Notes under the pieces: model-generated
The model's database searches: none
What the model was told of the DNA's origin: nothing
The model's input: only the letters and a program-made list of their open reading frames with translations
In this document: positions 9,251-18,547 of the stretch, piece after piece
Layout: every line of letters starts with the position of its first letter
How positions within the stretch are numbered: position 1 is the first letter of the stretch
Translations under genes and position numbers: made by a program
NCBI GenBank assembly: GCA_046313635.1
Contig: JBKBYA010000003.1
Span: 128,001-192,000, forward strand
Reading direction: 5' to 3'
Length of the DNA: 64,000 nucleotides
DNA from: Pyrinomonadaceae bacterium
GTDB taxonomy: Bacteria; Acidobacteriota; Blastocatellia; Pyrinomonadales; Pyrinomonadaceae

Positions 9251-10599
9251 CCATCGGCTCGTTTAATACCAAACTTCTCGAGCCTGTACTGCAGCGTCCG
9301 AAACGTCAAACCGAGCAGCTTCGCCGCTTTCGTGATGTTGTTGTCGGTACGCTCCATGGCCTGGAGGATCAGGCTGCGTTCGACGTCCTCGAAGTTCACG
9401 CCTTCGGCCGGCAGCTTAAAGTTGTCGCCGAGCGCATTGCCGCCGGATGCCGACGACGCGGGGGACGAACCTCGCTGTGTCATCTCGGGCGGCAGATCGT
9501 CGAGCGTGATCGTGTCGTTCTCGCAGAGCAGGATCGCGCGTTCGAGAGCGGACTCGAGCTGACGGACGTTGCCGGGATAGTGGTAGTCCTCGAGCAGGCC
9601 GCGAGCCGGCGTGTCGAGCTTGATCTCGCGTGCCGAGCCGCGGGTGTGCTTTTTGATGAAGTAATCGATCAGCACGGGAATGTCGGTGCGCCGCTCGCGC
9701 AGCGGCGGCAGGTCGATCGAGAGCACGTTCAGACGATAGTAAAGGTCCTCGCGAAACCGCTGCTCCTCGGCCATCTTGAGCAGGTCGCGATTGGTCGCGG
9801 CGATGACGCGGACATCGACGGGAATGTCCTTGATGCCGCCGACGCGTCGGATCTCTTTCTCCTGCAGCGCGCGGAGCAGCTTGGCCTGGAGCGCGATGTC
9901 GAGCTCGCCGATCTCGTCGAGAAAGAGCGTGCCGTTATTCGCCACTTCAAACAGGCCTTTCTTTTCGCCGACGGCGCCGGTGAACGAGCCTTTTTCGTGA
10001 CCGAAGAGTTCCGACTCGAGCAGATTCTCGTTGATCGCGGCGCAGTTGACGGCCTGAAAGATCTCGTTCGCACGGAGGCTGTTCGTGTGGATGGCGCGTG
10101 CGATCAACTCCTTGCCGGTGCCGCTCTCACCGCGGATCAGGACGGTCGAATTCGATTTCGCGATCTTGAGGATCAGCTTTTTGACCTTGTCCATCTCGGG
10201 CGAGACCGAGACGATCTCTGCGTCGAGCGTGTTTAGCTTGTTGAGCGAGCGAGAGATCGTGTCGAGCAGCTTTTCGCGGTCGTAAGGCTTTTGCAGGTAA
10301 TCGAACGCGCCCAAACGCAGCGCGTCGACCGCCGAGTCGACCGAGCCGTGCGCAGTCAGCAGGATGACGATGATCGACTTGTCGAAATTCGTCAGCTCCC
10401 TAAGCAGGTCGAGCCCGCTCATCCCGGTCATCTTGAGATCGGTGAGGACGAGATCGAATCGACGAGCTTCGACGAATTTCATCGCCGCCTCGCCGGAACT
10501 CGCGGTCGTCACGTCGTAACCTTCGCCCGAGAGAATCGTTTCCAAAATTTCCCGCTGGTTCTTCTCGTCATCGACGACGAGGATCGCTTTTCTTGCCAT
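9217..10599 (-). CDS. Sigma-54-dependent NtrC-family response regulator
   Basis: Receiver ILVVDDE..DLKM; AAA+ GESGTGKE, ESELFGHEKGSFTGA, LFLDEIGE, FREDLYYRL, PGNVRQL; Fis-type HTH; start MARKAIL at 10599. Confidence 0.95.
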   Translation of the reverse strand: MARKAILVVDDEKNQREILETILSGEGYDVTTASSGEAAMKFVEARRFDLVLTDLKMTGMSGLDLLRELTNFDKSIIVILLTAHGSVDSAVDALRLGAFDYLQKPYDREKLLDTISRSLNKLNTLDAEIVSVSPEMDKVKKLILKIAKSNSTVLIRGESGTGKELIARAIHTNSLRANEIFQAVNCAAINENLLESELFGHEKGSFTGAVGEKKGLFEVANNGTLFLDEIGELDIALQAKLLRALQEKEIRRVGGIKDIPVDVRVIAATNRDLLKMAEEQRFREDLYYRLNVLSIDLPPLRERRTDIPVLIDYFIKKHTRGSAREIKLDTPARGLLEDYHYPGNVRQLESALERAILLCENDTITLDDLPPEMTQRGSSPASSASGGNALGDNFKLPAEGVNFEDVERSLILQAMERTDNNITKAAKLLGLTFRTLQYRLEKFGIKRADGSDEGQVTSDE

Positions 10600-10606
10600 A
10601 TGTCTT

Positions 10607-10689
10607 GTGAGTGGCGAGTGACGAGTGAGGAATTTTTTCCGGATCACCGCTCGCCACTTGTCACTCGTCACTCGTCACTTCTTATCACT
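10607..10689. repeat. Cargo-less inverted heptamer hairpin of the same AGTGACG family
   Basis: AGTGGCG-AGTGACG-AGTGAG, ~18-nt loop, then CGCCACT-TGTCACT-CGTCACT-CGTCACT; fills the kinase-regulator junction and supplies the kinase TGA. Confidence 0.85.
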
Positions 10690-12177
10690 ACTCGGCAATC
10701 TTACCGTAAATACGGTGCCTTCGCCCTCGGTCGATTTGACGCCGATCGCGCCGTTGTGGACGTCCACGATCTTTTGCACGATCGCGAGGCCGAGGCCGGT
10801 GCCGGTCTCTTTTGTCGAGAAGTACGGTTCGAAGATCTTTGTCAGATTCTCTTCCGGGATTCCGACGCCGGTGTCCGATACTTCGAAGTCGACGAATCTC
10901 CGGTCGCCGTTTGCCGAGATCTTTACATTCAGGTTGCCGCCCGAGCTTTCCATCGCGTGAACGGCGTTGATGAAAAGGTTGTTGAAGAGCGATCGCAGAT
11001 ATTCGGGGTCGCCCGAGATCTCGGGCACGTTCTCGTGCTCGACGAGGTTGATCCTGATGTCGCTTTCGGCGGCCTGTGCTTCGACTATCCGGAGCGAGTT
11101 CTCGACGACTTCGCGGGGATCGAGCGGGCGGAGCTTTACGTTCGCCGGACGCGAGTAGTTGAGAAAGTCGGTGATCTGTTGATTGATGCGCGCGACTTCG
11201 GATTTTAGCTGTCCGGTCAATCTTTCGAATGTCGCCCGTTTTTCCGGCTCTTCCGGGGCGAATTTCGATCGCAGATGATCGAGTGTCAGGTTGATGTAGT
11301 TGAGCGGGTTGCGTATCTCGTGCGCTATGGCCGAGCCTAGCCGGCCGACGACCGCCGACTTTTCAGCCTGCTGCAGCTTAGCCTCAAGCTCGCTCTTTTT
11401 TTCGAGCTCGGCGGTCATCTCGTTAAAGCGGCTTGCGAGCTGGCCCATCTCGTCGGAGCGTTGGCCGCCGGGCACGCGGACGGCGAGATTGCCCTCGGCC
11501 ACTTCGCGTGCGGCGTTGGAGAGATACGAGATCGGCCGCGTGAATCGCCAAACGAGGATCACCGTCACCACCGTCGATATCAAAAGGATCGCAAGCGTAA
11601 AGATCAGCGGCCGGGCCGCACGGCGAGCGGCCGCTGTAGGATCGTTCTTTACCACCACGACGATGTACCAGCGGCCTTTGCTCGTTTCGATCGGGATCGC
11701 GTGAGACTCGTCGGCGGTCTGCGCGTTCGCGGCGGCAGCGGCGTTGGGGAACTGCGCCGCGTCCGGCCCCAGTCGGTCGGCCTCCATCAGCGGCGGGAGG
11801 TCTCTGATGTCCTTTAGGTCTACAAAGACGGCGTTGCCGGCGTCGTCGGTGGTCGGCAGGTACTCGTCGCTCAGGCTGTCGTAGACGCGCCACTGGTTGT
11901 CAACGACGAGGACGTCCTTGATCCGCTGTCGCGCGTTGTCATCGAGAAACGTCTGCCCCGGCTCGGCGATCAGGTCCTGGATGCGCAGCTCCGGCTGCGT
12001 CAGGCTCGTAACGCCGAGGCGAAACCCGGCGACGATAGTTCGCCCTTGTATCTCGCGCAATTCGTCGTTCTCCCGCTGCGTGAGGAGATTGAGATAGTAC
12101 TGGACCGAGAGCGTCGCGACGAGCAGGAATCCAAGGATCAGCAGCAGTCTCGCCCTGAACGTCCTAAAAAAACTCAT
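10675..12177 (-). CDS. HAMP-domain sensor histidine kinase
   Basis: Two TMs, HAMP, IAHEIRNPL, NLFINA, DTGVGI, FEPYFSTK, GTGLGL. Confidence 0.95.
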   Translation of the reverse strand: MSFFRTFRARLLLILGFLLVATLSVQYYLNLLTQRENDELREIQGRTIVAGFRLGVTSLTQPELRIQDLIAEPGQTFLDDNARQRIKDVLVVDNQWRVYDSLSDEYLPTTDDAGNAVFVDLKDIRDLPPLMEADRLGPDAAQFPNAAAAANAQTADESHAIPIETSKGRWYIVVVVKNDPTAAARRAARPLIFTLAILLISTVVTVILVWRFTRPISYLSNAAREVAEGNLAVRVPGGQRSDEMGQLASRFNEMTAELEKKSELEAKLQQAEKSAVVGRLGSAIAHEIRNPLNYINLTLDHLRSKFAPEEPEKRATFERLTGQLKSEVARINQQITDFLNYSRPANVKLRPLDPREVVENSLRIVEAQAAESDIRINLVEHENVPEISGDPEYLRSLFNNLFINAVHAMESSGGNLNVKISANGDRRFVDFEVSDTGVGIPEENLTKIFEPYFSTKETGTGLGLAIVQKIVDVHNGAIGVKSTEGEGTVFTVRLPSSDKK

Positions 12178-12214
12178 AAAATAGTTTTATATAAGCAATC
12201 GCTTAATTTTGTCC

Positions 12215-12244
12215 TTGCCATCGCGAACGGCGGAATGGTATCTT
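12215..12244 (+). promoter_or_regulatory. Putative sigma-70 promoter for the PBP-like gene
   Basis: TTGCCA-18 nt-TATCTT with extended -10 TG. Confidence 0.4.
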
Positions 12245-12356
12245 CAGTTTCAGCGAATTCGCAACGCTTCACAACCCTTTAGTAAACACAATTCAGACAG
12301 CCGCGGCGCCACCCAGCGTTCTTCCCCGATTTGGGCTCCGCAACCCGAGGTAAAGC

Positions 12357-14126
12357 ATGATTTTTATGTGTCCTACGAGTCGTCTTTTCAAGGTGTGTGC
12401 TTCACTGGCACTCGTGTTTTTTGCGGTTTCGGCCAACGCCTCGGCCCAATCCAAAAAGTCCTCACGCGCGGCCGCCGCGGGCAAGACCGCGAAATCCTCA
12501 AGCGACGTCAAAAAGGACCGCAAAAAGGCGGACGCCGCGGCGCCCAGTTCAAAAAGCTCTAAGAAGGATTCGGCGAAGTCAAAGAACGACCGCCGCGAGT
12601 CGGTGAAAAAGGAGCGAGCCTCGGCCAAAGACCGGAAGGACGCTAAAAAAGACGATAAGAAAGACAAGCGTGACCGTGCGGGCCGAGAGGCCAAGAGCAG
12701 CCGCGAGACCGCGTCGGCAAAGGACATCAAGAAGATGTCCAAGGCCGAGCGCCGAAAGTACGAGGCCGAACGCCGCCGGGCCGAAGAAGAGCGTCGTCAG
12801 GCCATCCTCGCCGAGAAGCGCCGCCGCGAAGAGGCCGCACGCATCGCACGCGAACGGGCGATCGCCTTTCAGCGCGGTCTTCGCACCGAGACCGAGAACA
12901 ATATTGCAAAGGACAACACCGAGGGCGAGGACCTTCGCGTTCGCGCGGCGGCGATCAACGCGCTCGGGAACAAGGCAGGCACAGTCGTCGTGATGGAGGC
13001 GCAGACCGGCAAGGTGCTCACCATCGTCAATCAGGACTGGGCGATCCGCACCGCGTACCGGCCGTGCTCGACGATCAAGCTTGTGACCGGCGTCGCCGGA
13101 CTTACCGAGGGCGTGATCGATCAGGAAGGTCAGATCAACGATTCGAATTTTGGGATGAGTCTCGACACGGCTCTTGCACGCTCGAACAATGTCTACTTTC
13201 AGCGTGTGGGCTCGCGTCTTGGCCGCAGCCGCATGGTCGAGTACGCCAAGAAGCTCGGCCTCGGCGAACGGACCGGCATCAACCTCGACGGCGAGACGTC
13301 GGGCCGCGTGCCGGAAGAGAACAGCGACCTCAAGATCTACTCGCACGGCGACAGCTTTGAGATCTCGCCGCTTCAGCTCGCGGTGATGGCCTCGGCGATC
13401 GCCAACGGCGGCAAGCGAGTCGTGCCCCAGGTGCCGGTCACCGCCGCGGCCAGCAAGGTCGGGTTCCGGCCGTTAGTCAAAAAGACGGTCGACGTGCCCG
13501 ACCGCGACGTCGAGGGCGTTATTCCCGGCATGATCGGCGCCGCCGAGTGGGGAACCGCTCACCGCGGCGTGGACGCGAGCCTCGGCATAGCTGGCAAGAC
13601 CGGTTCGTGCATCACCAAAGGTACCTGGATCGGACTCTTTACGTCGGTCGCCCCGATCGAGAATCCGAAATACGCCGTCGTCGTTGTGACCCGCGGGCAG
13701 AGCGAACGCGGCAAATATGCAGCGGCGGTCGCCGGCCGCGTCTATCAGGCACTCGCGCCTCAGATCAGGCCGAGCCGCAACCTTGCGCTGGCCGAGGCGC
13801 GTTTTAAGACCAGATCGCGCGTTCCCGACAACGTCGCCAGATCAGTTGCCGACGAGGACGAGGTCGACGACGACGCGGCGGCCGCCAATGAGGCGGCTTC
13901 CGGTGATGTCGATCCGAATGCGGCGGCAGCTCCACTGACCGTCGCTCCAAAGCTCCAGCAGAAAGCGGTCGAGCCCGTCCGCAAGCCGCTCGTCACCAAG
14001 ACGGCGCAGTCGCAGCCAAAGTTTCCGCCGGTCGTCATAACGTACAAAAAGGACGGCTCGACCAATACTAAAAGAGCGGATCAGCCCAGCGGCAGCCAGC
14101 GGCCTCGCGTGATAAAGAACAAGTAG
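12357..14126 (+). CDS. Penicillin-binding transpeptidase-domain protein with Lys/Arg-rich N-terminal region
   Basis: Signal peptide; SxxK (STIK), SxN (SNN), KTG (KTGS); low-complexity charged N- and C-terminal regions. Confidence 0.85.
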   Translation: MIFMCPTSRLFKVCASLALVFFAVSANASAQSKKSSRAAAAGKTAKSSSDVKKDRKKADAAAPSSKSSKKDSAKSKNDRRESVKKERASAKDRKDAKKDDKKDKRDRAGREAKSSRETASAKDIKKMSKAERRKYEAERRRAEEERRQAILAEKRRREEAARIARERAIAFQRGLRTETENNIAKDNTEGEDLRVRAAAINALGNKAGTVVVMEAQTGKVLTIVNQDWAIRTAYRPCSTIKLVTGVAGLTEGVIDQEGQINDSNFGMSLDTALARSNNVYFQRVGSRLGRSRMVEYAKKLGLGERTGINLDGETSGRVPEENSDLKIYSHGDSFEISPLQLAVMASAIANGGKRVVPQVPVTAAASKVGFRPLVKKTVDVPDRDVEGVIPGMIGAAEWGTAHRGVDASLGIAGKTGSCITKGTWIGLFTSVAPIENPKYAVVVVTRGQSERGKYAAAVAGRVYQALAPQIRPSRNLALAEARFKTRSRVPDNVARSVADEDEVDDDAAAANEAASGDVDPNAAAAPLTVAPKLQQKAVEPVRKPLVTKTAQSQPKFPPVVITYKKDGSTNTKRADQPSGSQRPRVIKNK

Positions 14127-14150
14127 CCAAAGATCAGTTTCTCCGCTAAC

Positions 14151-14192
14151 GCACCGGAGCGACCTGCGGGTCATGCTGCCGGTGCCTTTTTT
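14151..14192 (+). terminator. Rho-independent terminator
   Basis: GCACCGG...CCGGTGC hairpin followed by T-run. Confidence 0.7.
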
Positions 14193-14437
14193 TGGTTTGT
14201 CCTTTGTTTCACACGCTTGACACCGTCGCGGGCTCTACGTGATTATTTACCTTTCTGTTCAGCGGGTCCCACAGGCAATTCAAGCGCAGACATCTCTGGC
14301 TGTACTGGGTCCAAACCAAGTACAACTTTTGGTTTTGCGAGGACATCTGAGTTCACGCAAAACCGGAGCGGTTCACGCGGTTATGCAGGTTGATTTTTAG
14401 GGAAGGAACAGACGCGTTTTTGGAGGAAGCGATTGTG

Positions 14438-15832
14438 ATGAAGACGATTTTTAGATTTTTGAGTTTACCGGTTCTTGCGCTGGCGTTCGTCGCCGCCGGA
14501 ACCACCGCCGGTTTTGCACAGGACAATCCGTGTGCGGACGACAAGGGCCAGGCCGAACTTTACAACCAATTCCTGGCGTTCCAGAAAGGCAGCGAGCAAG
14601 AGTACCAAAAGGCCAAAGACGCGCAGGGCCGGATCGACTACAAAAAGCTCGACCTCAGCCCGCTCAAGTCGATGATCGAGTCGGGCGAGCAGTTTGTAGC
14701 AAAGTACAAGACCTGCACGCCGGCGCTCGATCCGCAGCTTAATTATTTTAACCAGAGCCTCGACGCATGGAAGAAGTCTTATCAGCGAGACTCCGAGCGC
14801 AAGGTCGCCGCTCAGCTGACCGAGCGTTTTGACAACGCGATCAAGGCGAAGAATTGGGATGAGGTCTATGCTGCAGGCAACGAATATGCGGCCAAGTTCC
14901 AAAACGATCCGGGCCTCATCAACAAGCTTATCCCGCTAGCCTTCATCGGTCGTGACGAGTCGTCATCCGCGGCGAAGAACTACAAGTACAACGCCGACGC
15001 GATCAAGTACTCCAAGCTCGCGATCAGCCAGCTGCAGGCCGGCGTCAAGCCCAAGCAGGACGGTACGTACGGCGCATTTCAGTTCGCATGCGCGTCAAAG
15101 GAGGACTGCCTCAATCAGCTTAATTTCGGGATCGGTTTTATGACCTATTTCGGACAGGGCAATAAGCAGGCGGCGCTGCCTTACTTCTACGAAGTCGTCA
15201 AGTCCTCAAATCCGGCGCGCAAGATCGCTGCCTATGATGTGATCGGCGGCTACTACCTCGAGACGATCGGTGCACAGGGGCAGGAGATCGCCAAGCTGAT
15301 CGAGTCTGCAAAGGGCATTACCGATCCGGAGCAGGCAAAGGCCAAAGACGCCGAGATCAAGGCGAAGATCGCCCTTTATAACGGCTATGTCGAGAGGGCA
15401 ATGGACGCTTTTGCTCGGGCGTGGAAGATGTCGGATGACAAAGACGCTGCGGCCAAGGCTTATAAAGATAACGTCTACAAAACGCTTCAGGAACTCTACA
15501 AGCGTCGCTTTGACAAGGACGCGGGCATCAACGAGTACCTGACAGCCGTTGTCGCTAAGCCGTTCACCGATCCGACGACCCCGGTCGAGCCGGTCTCCGA
15601 TCCGGAGCCGACAAAGGATGCGGCAAATTCGACAGGAGCGACCACGCCTGCGACGGCTCCTGCGACGGCTCCTGCGACGGCGACGCCGGCTGCGGCAAAG
15701 CCAGCTGTTAACCCGACCAAGCCGTCGTCGACCGTCAAGTCGACACCGGCGGGAAAGTCGGCTAAGGCCGGAGCCGCTTCGGCAAAGACGTCGGTCGCCG
15801 CCAAGGGCACCCGCCGCGCGGGAGCTAACTAG
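14438..15832 (+). CDS. Secreted alpha-helical (TPR-like) hypothetical protein with Ala/Thr/Pro/Lys-rich tail
   Basis: GGAGG RBS, signal peptide ending AGFA, codon usage like neighbouring genes, own terminator. Confidence 0.7.
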   Translation: MKTIFRFLSLPVLALAFVAAGTTAGFAQDNPCADDKGQAELYNQFLAFQKGSEQEYQKAKDAQGRIDYKKLDLSPLKSMIESGEQFVAKYKTCTPALDPQLNYFNQSLDAWKKSYQRDSERKVAAQLTERFDNAIKAKNWDEVYAAGNEYAAKFQNDPGLINKLIPLAFIGRDESSSAAKNYKYNADAIKYSKLAISQLQAGVKPKQDGTYGAFQFACASKEDCLNQLNFGIGFMTYFGQGNKQAALPYFYEVVKSSNPARKIAAYDVIGGYYLETIGAQGQEIAKLIESAKGITDPEQAKAKDAEIKAKIALYNGYVERAMDAFARAWKMSDDKDAAAKAYKDNVYKTLQELYKRRFDKDAGINEYLTAVVAKPFTDPTTPVEPVSDPEPTKDAANSTGATTPATAPATAPATATPAAAKPAVNPTKPSSTVKSTPAGKSAKAGAASAKTSVAAKGTRRAGAN

Positions 15833-15872
15833 GCGAGAGCTTTTCAAAAATCTAAAGATCGGATCCAAAGAT

Positions 15873-15912
15873 GAGCCGGGTCACGCTGCGAGCGGGGGCC
15901 GGCTTTCTTTTT
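15873..15912 (+). terminator. Rho-independent terminator
   Basis: GAGCCGG...CCGGCTT hairpin plus T-run. Confidence 0.65.
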
Positions 15913-15940
15913 GGTTTCGTTATTCTTACAATTGGTCGAA

Positions 15941-16696
15941 ATGTCGGCGAATCTGGGAAGTCTAGAACGAGATCTAGGATACAAGTTCAACGATGTCAAG
16001 CTGCTCGAGAGGGCATTGACGCACCGTTCGTGGGCGCACGAGAACCACTTGGCCGCGGGTGAGGAAAGCGTGCGGCAGGCCCACAACGAGTCGTTCGAGT
16101 TCGTCGGCGATTCGGTACTTGGGCTTGTCATCGCCGAGGAGCTGTTCATCAAAAATCCGACGCTGGCCGAGGGCGATCTGACGCTGATGAAGCATCGCCT
16201 GGTCAGTACGGCGACGCTGGCCAAGGTCGCCGCCGAGCTCGATCTCGGCAAGCACCTCCGCGTCGGTTACGGCGAAGAAAAGACCGGCGGCCGCAAAAAG
16301 CGTGCGCTGCTGGCAAACACGCTCGAGGCCGTGATCGGCGCGGTCTTTTTCGATGGCGGCTACGTCAAGGCGCGGCACTTTATCAAGTCGATCTTTCGCG
16401 ACGAGCTCAAGGCGGCGAAGCCCGAGACCTCGGTCGACTACAAGACCCTGCTGCAAGAAAAGCTGCAGGCCCGAAAGTCGCCGGCGCCCGAATACAACGT
16501 CATCAAGACCGAAGGCAAGCCGCACAATCGCACATTCTCGGTCGAGGCCGTCTGGGAGACGGGCCGCTCCGAGGGAACGGGCCGCTCGATCAAGGCGGCA
16601 GAAATGATGGCCGCCTGCGAAGCGTTAAAGATCCTCGAAAGCAGCGGCTGGGAACACGACCATCACGAGACTCTTTCCTCTAACGGCAACCAATGA
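15941..16696 (+). CDS. rnc: Ribonuclease III
   Basis: ALTHRS, NESFEFVGDSVLGL signature, LANTLEAVIGAVFFDGG, dsRBD DYKTLLQE. Confidence 0.95.
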   Translation: MSANLGSLERDLGYKFNDVKLLERALTHRSWAHENHLAAGEESVRQAHNESFEFVGDSVLGLVIAEELFIKNPTLAEGDLTLMKHRLVSTATLAKVAAELDLGKHLRVGYGEEKTGGRKKRALLANTLEAVIGAVFFDGGYVKARHFIKSIFRDELKAAKPETSVDYKTLLQEKLQARKSPAPEYNVIKTEGKPHNRTFSVEAVWETGRSEGTGRSIKAAEMMAACEALKILESSGWEHDHHETLSSNGNQ

Positions 16697-17538
16697 GCAA
16701 AGCAGAAGCAGAGGCATCAACCGAGAGACAAAAGAAGCCGACGGCCCCGCCAAAATCGACGGCGCGCGAGTACTTCGAATCGTTTGTCGTGACGCTCATC
16801 ATGGCGATCTTCGGCATGACCTTCATCGGGCAGGCGGTCACCGTTCCGACCGGCTCGATGCAGAATACGATCCTTGTCGGCGACTATCTGCTGGTCAACA
16901 AATTCATCTTTACGCCGGGCGGCAACGAAATGCCGTTCCTGCCGCAGCGAGAGATACAGCGCGGCGACATAATCGTCTTCAAGTATCCGGGCAACCGCGC
17001 ACGGCCCGAGATGGACCGGCGTCGCCGGCCGCCTCTCGTGCCGTACCAGATCAATTACGTCAAGCGCGTGATCGGCCTGCCGGGCGAGACGGTCGAGTTT
17101 CGCGACAATCACGTCTATATCAACGGTCAGCTGCTGCCGGAGCATCGCGTTATCGGCGACAACTTTGATCCGCAGGCGGCGCTCGAGACGCGCGAGTTCG
17201 AGCCGCGCGAGCCCGACCAGAAGTGGGACGTCTATTACAACTCGGACTCGTTGGACGAGATCAAGACGACCGGGCACCTGTCACGTGCGCGTGTCGCTCA
17301 GTACGAGTTTGCCGTGCCGAATAAGCCGATGGTCGTGCCGCCGGATCAATTCTTTGTAATGGGCGACGCGCGCGACGACAGCGAGGACAGCCGTTTTTGG
17401 GGATTTGTTCCGCGAGAGCTGATCATCGGCCGGGCGATGTTTGTCTACTGGTCGTGCGACCGCGCCGCGTCAAACGGCAGCTTCTTTGGCTGTCTCTCGC
17501 ATCCGCGACTGAGCCGCATCGGCAAGTTCGTAAAATAG
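16693..17538 (+). CDS. lepB: Signal peptidase I
   Basis: PTGSMQNT, RGDIIVF, YVKRVIGLPGE, FVMGD.RDDSEDSRFWGFVP. Confidence 0.95.
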   Translation: MSKAEAEASTERQKKPTAPPKSTAREYFESFVVTLIMAIFGMTFIGQAVTVPTGSMQNTILVGDYLLVNKFIFTPGGNEMPFLPQREIQRGDIIVFKYPGNRARPEMDRRRRPPLVPYQINYVKRVIGLPGETVEFRDNHVYINGQLLPEHRVIGDNFDPQAALETREFEPREPDQKWDVYYNSDSLDEIKTTGHLSRARVAQYEFAVPNKPMVVPPDQFFVMGDARDDSEDSRFWGFVPRELIIGRAMFVYWSCDRAASNGSFFGCLSHPRLSRIGKFVK

Positions 17539-17575
17539 GGCTGCGCTCGCAGCGATCGGCTGTGGAGTTGTCCGT

Positions 17576-17638
17576 ATTGCCGCTGACTTCAGGCGGCGGC
17601 GAGTTCACACATAACCGTTCGCTGAAGCGAACGGCATT
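17576..17638. repeat. REP-like inverted doublet
   Basis: Perfect palindrome CCGTTCGCT-GA-AGCGAACGG and an inverted degenerate partner TTGCCGCTGACTTCAGGCGGCGG. Confidence 0.55.
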
Positions 17639-18547
17639 ATGAAGATAAAGTTCTCAGACGAGGTCTCCGCGGCACTTGCACAAAATCGGCCCGTCGTCGC
17701 ACTCGAATCGACCGTCATCGCTCACGGCCTGCCGTACCCGCGCAGCGTCGAGACGGCGCATGCGATGGAGTCGATCGTCCGCTCGGCCGGCGCCGTGCCG
17801 GCGACGATCGCGATCTTTAACGGTGAGTTCTGTGTAGGGCTGGACGCAGATAAGATCGAGCGACTCGCCACCGACGAGACTATCCGCAAGATCTCTCGGC
17901 GCGACCTGCCGATCGCGTCCGCGCGGCGGCTCGACTGCGCGACGACCGTCGCGACGACCGCATTCATCGCGCATCGCGCCGGGATAAGCGTCTTTGCGAC
18001 GGGCGGTATCGGCGGCGTTCATCGCGGATACTCGCACGACGTCTCGGCCGACCTCGTCGAACTGGCGCGGACGCCGATCGCGGTAGTTTGTTCGGGAGCG
18101 AAGATCGTCCTCGATCTTGAAGCGACGCGCGAGTGGCTGGAGACGTTTGGCGTGACGGTGCTGGGATGGCGGTGCGACGAGATGCCGGCCTTTTATTCCA
18201 GATCGAGCGGGCTTGCGATCGACCAGCGTGTCGAGTCGGCGGTCGAGGTCGCGGCCGTCTGCGATGCACGCGACGCGGCAGAGCTGACCAACGCGATCGT
18301 CATTACCGTTCCCGTGCCGGAGGAGAACGAGATCGAGCGTGCCGAGATCGAGCAGATCCTTGCCGCTGCGCTCGCCGCGGCCGAAAAAGAACGCATCGCG
18401 GGCAAGGCCGTCACGCCCTTCTTGCTCTCGGAGCTCTCGCGTCTCAGCTCGGGCCGCACGCTCGAGTCTAACGTCGCGCTTCTCAAAAACAACGCGAGTG
18501 TCGCCGCCGAGATCGCGGCCGCGATCACGGCCGGGCGTTGCGATTAA
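17639..18547 (+). CDS. psuG: Pseudouridine-5'-phosphate glycosidase
   Basis: VVALESTVIAHGLPYP, ATTVATT, FATGGIGGVHRG, DVSADL, GKAVTPFLL. Confidence 0.93.
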   Translation: MKIKFSDEVSAALAQNRPVVALESTVIAHGLPYPRSVETAHAMESIVRSAGAVPATIAIFNGEFCVGLDADKIERLATDETIRKISRRDLPIASARRLDCATTVATTAFIAHRAGISVFATGGIGGVHRGYSHDVSADLVELARTPIAVVCSGAKIVLDLEATREWLETFGVTVLGWRCDEMPAFYSRSSGLAIDQRVESAVEVAAVCDARDAAELTNAIVITVPVPEENEIERAEIEQILAAALAAAEKERIAGKAVTPFLLSELSRLSSGRTLESNVALLKNNASVAAEIAAAITAGRCD

